Virus record (IMG/VR): IMGVR_UViG_3300015050_000772
Span: 1-33,366 of that record
Length of the DNA: 33,366 nt
Reading direction: 5' to 3' (one strand)
Origin: a virus
Lineage: Duplodnaviria > Caudoviricetes
The notes below the pieces were generated by a model. The model was not told the DNA's origin. It ran no database searches and was given only the letters and a program-made list of their open reading frames with translations. The position numbers and the translations under genes are program-made. Below are positions 7,766 to 14,307 of this stretch, piece after piece; position 1 is the first letter of the stretch; every line of letters starts with the position of its first letter.

Positions 7766-8532
7766 CGGCGTATTACAACGAGATAGATCCGTACTGCGCC
7801 CAGTGGCTCAGGAACCTAATCGCCGCGGGCCACATCGCGCCGGGTGTTGTTGACGAAAGGAGCATAGAAGATGTTCGACCAGATGAGCTTGCTGGATTCA
7901 CGCAGTGTCATTTCTTCGCCGGCATCGGGGTCTGGAGCCTTGCCTTGCGCAACGCCGGCATCAGCAACGACACCCGCCTGTGGACCGGATCCTGCCCTTG
8001 CCAGCCTTTCAGCGAGTCAGGCAAAGGCCTTGGATTTGCTGACGAGCGGCACCTCTGGCCGGCCTGGTTCCACCTCATCGGCCAGCGTCGCCCTTCAATT
8101 GTCTTTGGAGAGCAGGTTGCGAGCGACGACGCAGGCCCTTGGATCGACCTTGTACAAGACGACATGGAGACCATGGATTACGCCTTCGGGGCGGTCCCGT
8201 TTCCGGCTTGTGGCACGGGCTCTGCGCAAATCCGAGAGCGACTTTACTGGGTGGCCGACGCCGCGGGCGACCGATGGAGACAAGAACATCCGCACGCTGG
8301 CGGGCGCCTTGAAGGAAATCAAGCGCAAAGGGTCGCCTCAGGACATCGGGCAGGCGCTGCTTATCAGTGGCTCACCGGACTCGACGGCCGGCAACGCCCG
8401 ATCCAACCCGGACTTTTACCGCTGGTTGATGCGTTTCCCGGCCTGCTGGACCAGCTGCGCGCCTACGGGAACGCCCTGGACATCGGCGCCGCACAAGCCT
8501 TCATCGAATCAGTGATGGAGCCCACCCCATGA
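7762..8532 (+). CDS. DNA cytosine-C5 methyltransferase, catalytic (alpha) polypeptide
   Basis: Motifs FFAGIG (I), TGSCPCQPFS (IV, catalytic PC), FGEQV (VI), QIRERLYWVA (VIII), LRAYGNA (X); GTG 7762 coupled to the upstream TGA. Confidence 0.92.
   Translation: MTAYYNEIDPYCAQWLRNLIAAGHIAPGVVDERSIEDVRPDELAGFTQCHFFAGIGVWSLALRNAGISNDTRLWTGSCPCQPFSESGKGLGFADERHLWPAWFHLIGQRRPSIVFGEQVASDDAGPWIDLVQDDMETMDYAFGAVPFPACGTGSAQIRERLYWVADAAGDRWRQEHPHAGGRLEGNQAQRVASGHRAGAAYQWLTGLDGRQRPIQPGLLPLVDAFPGLLDQLRAYGNALDIGAAQAFIESVMEPTP
7871..8515 (+). CDS. Nested +1-frame protein; putative methyltransferase beta subunit
   Basis: 214 open codons inside the MTase gene; AAGGAG at 7857-7862, 8 nt before the ATG; GWPTP and NPDFYRWLMRFPACW (motif IX-like). 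Confidence 0.75.
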   Translation: MFDQMSLLDSRSVISSPASGSGALPCATPASATTPACGPDPALASLSASQAKALDLLTSGTSGRPGSTSSASVALQLSLESRLRATTQALGSTLYKTTWRPWITPSGRSRFRLVARALRKSESDFTGWPTPRATDGDKNIRTLAGALKEIKRKGSPQDIGQALLISGSPDSTAGNARSNPDFYRWLMRFPACWTSCAPTGTPWTSAPHKPSSNQ

Positions 8533-8834
8533 ACCTCCCCTCCCTAAAATCCGCAGCAGAGAAAGCAAAGACAAGCTCCTTGGAGCTTGAGATTTGGCAG
8601 ATGGAGATATCTCCTGATGATGTGCTTAGGCTGGTGGAGGTGGCGCGGGCGGCGATTCCTGCGCGCAAGTTGCTTGAGGAGGAGTGCCTAGATTCGCTCA
8701 TCAACGAAGCCGAACAGCACCGGGCGACCATGGGCGCTTACCGTCCGGCGCGTCAGGCTGGACTCGATGCGCTGGTTGTTCAGTGTCGTGATGCCATTGA
8801 GGCGCTTAAGGCTGCGATGGATGGTATCGAATGA
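8529..8834 (+). CDS. Ead/Ea22-like protein
   Basis: LKSAAEKA...SPDDVLRLVE pattern; ATGA coupling. Confidence 0.6.
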   Translation: MNLPSLKSAAEKAKTSSLELEIWQMEISPDDVLRLVEVARAAIPARKLLEEECLDSLINEAEQHRATMGAYRPARQAGLDALVVQCRDAIEALKAAMDGIE

Positions 8835-9193
8835 ACGCCCAGGAAGCCGCTAAAACGCTTGGGGTGTCGCTGCGCACCGCCTACGATCTGGCGGCACCAG
8901 CTGGCCCAATTCCGTGCACCAGGATAGGCAGGCGTATCATTTTCGATGAATCAGACGTTTTGGAGTACAAAAAATCATGCCGATTTATCGAGATAAAAAA
9001 CGCGGTCGCTATATCTTTGAGTTCGACCGCTATATCGGTGGACAGCGGGTCAGGGCTACTAAAACTCTTCCAAAAGCATGGAGTCAAGGCCAGGCTGAAA
9101 AATTCGACCGGCGAGAGACAGACCGACTCGCAGCCGTCGCAAACGGCGTCGGGCCAGAGGCCGACATTGAAGCTGCTGTCGAGGCCTACGTGA
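8831..9193 (+). CDS. xis: Excisionase / HTH recombination directionality factor, overlapping int by 217 nt
   Basis: MNAQEAAKTLGVSLRTAYDL...IPCTRIGRRIIFDESDV; directly upstream of int. Confidence 0.8.
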   Translation: MNAQEAAKTLGVSLRTAYDLAAPAGPIPCTRIGRRIIFDESDVLEYKKSCRFIEIKNAVAISLSSTAISVDSGSGLLKLFQKHGVKARLKNSTGERQTDSQPSQTASGQRPTLKLLSRPT

Positions 9194-9969
9194 GGGACCG
9201 AGTCCCGGCCCTCAAGGCCGGCGATGAGATTGAGCGCGAGCTTGCCGTGATTTATCCATTTTACCAAGGACGCCCGCTGTCGGCGCTGGCCGATGTGTGC
9301 ACGGCAATCAGGCTCAAGTCCTTCGCCATCCGAAAGAAGAATGACCCCGAGGACGCCGAGCCCCGCAAGCTGGCGCCGGCTACCATCAAGAAGCGCATCC
9401 GCTACCTGACCTCGGCCTGCCGATGGGGCTGGAAACACGCCAAAATGGGCCAGCACGACCCCGCCGAGAGCGTCACGGTGCCTACGGTCAAGAATGAGCG
9501 CCACGTCTACACAGACCGCGCCGGCATGCTCAAGATTTGCCGGGCATGCCAAAATCGCAGAGTACGGGCCGCCATCCGCATTGCCTTCTATTCGGGATTC
9601 CGGCTGGGCGAAGTGCACAGGGCCATCCGCGGCGACGGCGTGCTTATCCTGGAGGACACCAAGAACGGCAACAGGCATGTCTTGCCGGTGCATCCCAAGA
9701 TCACCAGCGCAGTCAAGGTGAAGCTCTACAGCGCCAGCTACACAAGCCAGCTTTACCGAAAGGCCCGGGACGCGGCTGGCATGCGGCACTTCCGCTTTCA
9801 CGACTTGCGGCACAGCGCGGCCAGTGAGATGATTAACCAGGATATCGACCTGTACACCGTGGGCGCGGTCTTGAACCACAAGAGTACGCAAAGCACCCAG
9901 CGCTACGCCCATTTGCGCGAGAAGAAATTGCGCCTGGCTGTGGACTCAATCGGGAAGAAGGCGGCGTGA
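8977..9969 (+). CDS. int: Tyrosine integrase
   Basis: YSGFRLGE (R), TKNG (K), FHDLRH (HxxR), LNH, TQRYAH (catalytic Y). Confidence 0.96.
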   Translation: MPIYRDKKRGRYIFEFDRYIGGQRVRATKTLPKAWSQGQAEKFDRRETDRLAAVANGVGPEADIEAAVEAYVRDRVPALKAGDEIERELAVIYPFYQGRPLSALADVCTAIRLKSFAIRKKNDPEDAEPRKLAPATIKKRIRYLTSACRWGWKHAKMGQHDPAESVTVPTVKNERHVYTDRAGMLKICRACQNRRVRAAIRIAFYSGFRLGEVHRAIRGDGVLILEDTKNGNRHVLPVHPKITSAVKVKLYSASYTSQLYRKARDAAGMRHFRFHDLRHSAASEMINQDIDLYTVGAVLNHKSTQSTQRYAHLREKKLRLAVDSIGKKAA

Positions 9970-10032
9970 GCAAGTCAAAAAATTCCCAGCATGAAAACGG
10001 CATGCTACGTTTTCAGGAGCATCAAAGCCTTA

Positions 10033-10094
10033 TGGTGCCTGAGACCGGAATCGAACCGGTACGCCCGCTATTCACGAAGCGGCGGATTTTAAGT
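10033..10094 (-). other. attP core: 3' half of tRNA-Leu(TAA), from anticodon loop to CCA; not a complete tRNA
   Basis: Minus strand reads ACTTAAAATCCGCCGCTTCGTGAATAGCGGGCGTACCGGTTCGATTCCGGTCTCAGGCACCA: TAA anticodon loop, long variable arm, T-arm ACCGG-TTCGATT-CCGGT, CCA; D-arm and 5' strands absent; about 60 nt after the int stop. Confidence 0.9.
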
Positions 10095-10258
10095 GCCCCG
10101 CGCATTCTACGCGCAGGCCCGGAACCCGCATGGATATTCGGCTACTGGCTGTGCATACAGCGCGCCAAAAGCGTGTTTTGCGCCCTGTTGGGCAGAAAAT
10201 CCCCAGCACAGGCCCAGCCGTTTATGCTGGGGCTATTCCAAAGTTTAAGGAGTGAGAA

Positions 10259-10573
10259 ATGGGCAGTTATCAAGAGGATTGCATTGAGCGAAAATCGGTG
10301 CGCGCCGGGATCATCGAGCAGAAGCCGCTGAAGACGCGGAACGGCCGGCCTCGCCCGTTCATAGTGGAGCATCGTCCTAACGCAAGCGACGTGGTTTCCA
10401 GACTTAGCGCCGCCAAGTCCAGAGAATGGCGGCGCTGGGGAGCCTATCGGACAGCTGAGGAGGCCGAAAGGGCCATGCAAACACTCTCCAGAAAGTATTA
10501 CTTCTACGAATGGAGGCAAAAGCCATTAGACGCTATGCCGCCTCCCTCCCCCGATAATGCCCAAAAGGAGTAA
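10259..10573 (+). CDS. Hypothetical basic protein downstream of attP
   Basis: AAGGAG RBS at about 10247; WRRWGAYRTAEEAERA motif. Confidence 0.75.
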   Translation: MGSYQEDCIERKSVRAGIIEQKPLKTRNGRPRPFIVEHRPNASDVVSRLSAAKSREWRRWGAYRTAEEAERAMQTLSRKYYFYEWRQKPLDAMPPPSPDNAQKE

Positions 10574-10576
10574 ATA

Positions 10577-10810
10577 ATGGAAATTACCAAAATTTCGCCG
10601 CAGTCAAGTTCGATTGACTGGCAGACAGCAATGGCGCTGGCCGCCAAGGCGGTGTATGGCGCAGATGGCCGCGGTACGGTTGGGGCTGGGCGGTTAAACC
10701 TGACTAACCGTGTGGCCCAGGCCATCTTTGCCGCCGCCAATCCGGCGCCAGCAAGTCCTGATTCAATGGAAGGCGAGGATCAAAAGCTTGTCGGGCCGGC
10801 TGATTGTTAA
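10577..10810 (+). CDS. Hypothetical protein (77 aa)
   Basis: AAGGAG RBS; starts 3 nt after the upstream stop. Confidence 0.7.
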   Translation: MEITKISPQSSSIDWQTAMALAAKAVYGADGRGTVGAGRLNLTNRVAQAIFAAANPAPASPDSMEGEDQKLVGPADC

Positions 10811-10932
10811 CGGCTTATGTGAATTCCTCGCGCACGAATAACTGAATAATAAGTCACAGGCAACCGGGTAATTAATCACACCACCCAATCTTTCAGGGTG
10901 CTACTGTGGATGGCTTACTTTGGGAGTTTGCC

Positions 10933-11040
10933 GTGGAGATTCTGAAATCAATGTCCCTAATAGAGCTGGGCGTTACAGGGGCGGTGTTTGTGGCCGGCGT
11001 GATTGTGCTGTTTTGGCTGTACTACCGGAATAAGCCCTAG
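10933..11040 (+). CDS. 35-aa single-TM peptide (MEILKSMSLIELGVTGAVFVAGVIVLFWLYYRNKP), not in the ORF track
   Basis: GGGAG at 10922-10926 before GTG 10933 (alternative ATG at 10951); strongly hydrophobic core. Confidence 0.5.
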   Translation: MEILKSMSLIELGVTGAVFVAGVIVLFWLYYRNKP

Positions 11041-11117
11041 GGCTTCATGAGCCAGTACATGATCGCAGCGCCGGCTACGAGGCCGATTAAGAGGCAGATG
11101 GCGTAACCGGAAATCAT
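11037..11117 (-). CDS. 26-aa single-TM peptide (MISGYAICLLIGLVAGAAIMYWLMKP), last gene of the lysis cassette
   Basis: ATG overlaps the lysozyme stop (ATGA); hydrophobic throughout. Confidence 0.55.
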   Translation of the reverse strand: MISGYAICLLIGLVAGAAIMYWLMKP

Positions 11118-11584
11118 TCGCCACCGAGCAAAAACAATGCCCGCTCCGCTTCCCGCCTGCGCGCCAGGCCTTTGAGAACAACCCCGCCCGCCGTGTTGGG
11201 CTTTCGGATGAGTTGGGCGGCATCGGTCCACCGTCCTTCATTGATCGCCTTGCGTAACCGGGAAACCTTGAAAGCCCCGGTCCCACAGTTCCAGGCCCAG
11301 CTTGTCACGGCGGCCATGCATTCAGGTTTTGTCATCAAAACAGGAGCATAGCCAGCGCAGCGGGCGCCATAGCTCCCCAAGCCTGCTTTTAGCTCATCCT
11401 TGGCCTGTGCCAAGGTGATGGGCTCACTGTCCCCTTTAATTCCATAGGTCCGGCCATAGCCGCGGGTCCAGACTGGAGGCTTTGCGAGCTTGTCCAAATA
11501 GGGATAAATCAGCCCATGCAGGCGCTTTTCACACCCCTCGAACACCGACACCAGCGGCATGCAAAGATCGCGCCAGTCGATCAT
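11114..11584 (-). CDS. Endolysin, GH24 phage lysozyme
   Basis: FEG...PYLD...WTRGYGRT catalytic E/D/T region; SWAWNCG; GLARRREAE. Confidence 0.93.
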   Translation of the reverse strand: MIDWRDLCMPLVSVFEGCEKRLHGLIYPYLDKLAKPPVWTRGYGRTYGIKGDSEPITLAQAKDELKAGLGSYGARCAGYAPVLMTKPECMAAVTSWAWNCGTGAFKVSRLRKAINEGRWTDAAQLIRKPNTAGGVVLKGLARRREAERALFLLGGE

Positions 11585-12057
11585 TGGCGTTTCCGCAAGC
11601 TGCGGTCCATGAACCAGAACGAGAGGACGCTGAACAACAGAGCTGCATCGGCCTCGCCATACACCCCGCTAACAGCCAGCAAAAAAGGCTCATTGGCCTT
11701 CAGGGCAACGCAGATAGCGAAAATCTTGGACAGCGAATACAAGCTGAGCAGCCAGTATGTAACCATGGGGCGGACGCTAGCCGAAAGCTTGGCAACCCAG
11801 CCGCCGGCCGCTTGGGCTTCTGCCGCCTGGGCTTGGACGGCCGCAGTCAACGCGCTCCATTCCGCCGTAGCGTCAGCCGATGCCGCATCCATCCGGCGCA
11901 GATCCGCGTCATGCTCAAAGCGCTTATCGGCCAGGGCGAGCTGCTTGTCATACATGACAGCCTCATGCGAGCGCTCTTTGTCTTTGTCTTTCAGCTCAAG
12001 CCAATGCTGAGCCAGGCGAGAAACACCGCCGAATATCAAGCCGATCAGTTCAAACAT
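11581..12057 (-). CDS. Putative holin (GTA-holin-like)
   Basis: LSASVRPMVTY...VLSFWFMDRS pattern; TM segments; coupled to the lysozyme gene; AAGGAG RBS. Confidence 0.7.
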   Translation of the reverse strand: MFELIGLIFGGVSRLAQHWLELKDKDKERSHEAVMYDKQLALADKRFEHDADLRRMDAASADATAEWSALTAAVQAQAAEAQAAGGWVAKLSASVRPMVTYWLLSLYSLSKIFAICVALKANEPFLLAVSGVYGEADAALLFSVLSFWFMDRSLRKRQ

Positions 12058-12068
12058 GCTCCACTCCT

Positions 12069-12251
12069 TTATAGGGAATTCACGCCGGCCTTATAGCCCT
12101 CGTTAAAGAACCTGCGCGCCAACGTAGTCAGCTCACGCGTGGTCCAGGCCGTGCAGCCCTCAGCCTTGCACGCGGCCTCCTCGTCCTTGTCCATCGTCAC
12201 GCCAGTAGCGCAGCCGGTCATCAGCGCAAGGAAAAGCATCAAAATTTTCAT
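12069..12251 (-). CDS. Small lipoprotein (60 aa); possible o-spanin or exclusion lipoprotein
   Basis: MKILMLFLALMTG-C lipobox-like signal; ATGA coupling to the upstream gene. Confidence 0.7.
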   Translation of the reverse strand: MKILMLFLALMTGCATGVTMDKDEEAACKAEGCTAWTTRELTTLARRFFNEGYKAGVNSL

Positions 12252-12508
12252 TTTGGGTTCCACCACTGTTTGTAAGCCGCGTACAAAGCGCCAATTGCCA
12301 GCGCCACCTTGCTGAGCTTGACCACGGCTGATCCAGCCCTGCGCATCCATTTGAAGAACACCCCGGCGTCCCTCCACATCTCCAGAAGGTCGGCGGTATC
12401 GGCGGCCAGCTTTTCAGTAACCGCCGTATTCGCGTCAATCTTTCGCTCAATCTCTAAAAACCTTAGCTGGTTGTCAGCATGGTTTGACTCTTGCTGTGGA
12501 GGGCTCAT
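12248..12508 (-). CDS. Coiled-coil plus C-terminal TM protein of the lysis region (holin/antiholin-like)
   Basis: Heptad-like N-terminus; hydrophobic VALAIGALYAAY; position. Confidence 0.65.
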   Translation of the reverse strand: MSPPQQESNHADNQLRFLEIERKIDANTAVTEKLAADTADLLEMWRDAGVFFKWMRRAGSAVVKLSKVALAIGALYAAYKQWWNPK

Positions 12509-12532
12509 GCTGGCTTTCTATGGAGTTGATGC

Positions 12533-13270
12533 TTACCAATCGCTCGGCAGCTTGAAGCCGCTGATCGACCCAAAGGACGCTTCCGGGCTCACAGTCCCGA
12601 TAACATCGGACTTCGCGCCCTGGCCCAGCGCCATGCAGGTAAACCAGCCATTGGGGATGGGCTGCAAGCCGTCATGTCCAGCGGTGAATCGCACCTCATG
12701 CGCGTCGTTGATTTCTTCGCGGGTGTTGATGATGTAATTGACCGAGGGAGAGACACCAGGAACCGCTCCACCCATCAGCGTGACCCAGCATCCGCCGTGA
12801 ATCGTGATGTTGGAAATCAGGAAGCCGTAGGGCATGTCCGTTGGGAGTTGGGCGGTCGGCATGCCCAGCGTATTTGCCGGGTTGCACACGCCCTTCTTGA
12901 AGAACGGCAGCGAGGGATAGCGGCTCATGCGCTCGTAGTAGAGGCATTCCGCGTCGGCATACCGACTATCAGAAGTCACCAGCGACGGGCGGGCGTACTG
13001 CATGAACGAATGATTGTTCGTGCCGATGATCTGCGTTCCCGCTGGAAGTATGGTGTAGTTCTCCACCCCGAGATTGCGCTGAAACCAAGGCTGACCCGAA
13101 TTCGGCTCAGGGTTTGACGGGTTGTAATCGAAGCGGCAAAACCACGAGTTGAAGGCGTACCAGGTTTCTCCTGCGGGTACGGTGAGGTTGAACTGCCCGG
13201 CTGAATACCGCTGACACGCGGGATCAAGAAGCGCGGCCTTGACGGTGAAGACGTTGTTTTTTGCGGTCAT
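12533..13270 (-). CDS. Hypothetical beta-rich protein after the tail fibre (245 aa)
   Basis: GAGG RBS before ATG 13270; starts 8 nt after the tail-fibre stop. Confidence 0.75.
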   Translation of the reverse strand: MTAKNNVFTVKAALLDPACQRYSAGQFNLTVPAGETWYAFNSWFCRFDYNPSNPEPNSGQPWFQRNLGVENYTILPAGTQIIGTNNHSFMQYARPSLVTSDSRYADAECLYYERMSRYPSLPFFKKGVCNPANTLGMPTAQLPTDMPYGFLISNITIHGGCWVTLMGGAVPGVSPSVNYIINTREEINDAHEVRFTAGHDGLQPIPNGWFTCMALGQGAKSDVIGTVSPEASFGSISGFKLPSDW

Positions 13271-13278
13271 GGTTTGCC

Positions 13279-14298
13279 TCAGTTCATGCGGGCAATCGAA
13301 AAGCACGTAAGCCCCGTGTCTGCTCCGGTAGTAACTGAGGCAGAAACATGCATTCGGATGACGTCACCGGCCGACAAATACCCGGCCCAGGCGCAACTGA
13401 CCGGCTGATTAGCGGCTGTGGTGGTGTTCACGTTCAATCGGTCGATAGGCGTTATGGACGCAATGCCGGTCGTGAGCTGCGTTGAGTTCAGCGAGAAACC
13501 AAGATAGTTCGATCCGTTATAAGAGTCGGTAGCCGAAACCGCGTACATGCCGGCGTTGACTATGGTGAAAGTAGCACCAAGCGTTGCACTATCTGCGTAG
13601 GTGATGTCTGAGCCTTGATTCAGAACCACCGTAGTGAGCCGGCGTATGGCGGTATTCGTAGAGCCCACGCCGTTTGCCGTGCGGAGACGGACCATGCTGG
13701 TTACGACTCGTGCGATATTCGTCGGAACCGCTGAGTTGTCCGGCGTCAGTATCGACAGATCCACCGAGGACAGCCCCGAGTCGAGTACGGACGCGCCATC
13801 CATGATCATGGTGACTGTCGTAAGGGCGCCATAAACAGCCGTGGAGATGGTTCCGTAAACCGTTCCCGTCGTTACCTGAAAGCGAAGCCGGCGCTTGGGC
13901 TTAAACTCTGCCGTTTGATCGCCAGTCAGCGTGAAGCTGTTGGCGCTTGCGTAAGACGGAGTAACGTTGCTGGGCGCCCACTGCCCAAAGGTTTGCAAGC
14001 TCGCAGAGCCTGCGCGTGCCAGGTAAAACACCTCCACATCGTTGGACTGACGAACGCGAAGGGAATATTCCACCGCGCAATAGAGGATGGCCGGCGAACC
14101 GGTGCGAGACGGATAGCCGGAAGTCGTGCGGATGGGCTGCAACGCGGGCACAAGGCCTGCGGAATCCCAATACATCTGCACCGGATTTTGTTCGGGGTCC
14201 GCGTTGACGGAACCGAAATACAGTTTCCCGTTATTCAACGGTGAGCCGCTCAGGGCGAAAAACTGATTCAGTGGATTGATGGTAGCTAGGAGTGCCAT
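13279..14298 (-). CDS. Tail fibre/spike with P22-type head-binding N-domain and C1q/TNF-like C-terminal domain
   Basis: GSPLNNGKLYFG...DPEQNPVQMYWD...QPIRTTSGYP; C-terminal FTIVNAGMYAVS...YLSAGDVI. Confidence 0.8.
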   Translation of the reverse strand: MALLATINPLNQFFALSGSPLNNGKLYFGSVNADPEQNPVQMYWDSAGLVPALQPIRTTSGYPSRTGSPAILYCAVEYSLRVRQSNDVEVFYLARAGSASLQTFGQWAPSNVTPSYASANSFTLTGDQTAEFKPKRRLRFQVTTGTVYGTISTAVYGALTTVTMIMDGASVLDSGLSSVDLSILTPDNSAVPTNIARVVTSMVRLRTANGVGSTNTAIRRLTTVVLNQGSDITYADSATLGATFTIVNAGMYAVSATDSYNGSNYLGFSLNSTQLTTGIASITPIDRLNVNTTTAANQPVSCAWAGYLSAGDVIRMHVSASVTTGADTGLTCFSIARMN

Positions 14299-14307
14299 GG
14301 CTTTCCC

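Noticed and set aside
7762-8532. Complete restriction-modification system
   Set aside because: No adjacent restriction endonuclease; context fits an orphan phage methyltransferase
8881-9912. 343-aa antisense ORF over int, and similar long antisense ORFs over the ejection, gp10 and portal genes
   Set aside because: Antisense shadows of real genes with no independent support
10033-10120. Complete phage tRNA-Leu gene
   Set aside because: Sequence beyond 10094 cannot form the anticodon stem or a D-arm; only the 3' half is present
9966-10331. 121-aa ORF across attP
   Set aside because: Mostly the antisense translation of the tRNA fragment (MVPETGIEPVRP), a common artefact
12533-14298. Diversity-generating retroelement acting on the tail fibre
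   Set aside because: No reverse transcriptase and no template/variable repeat pair seen in the window
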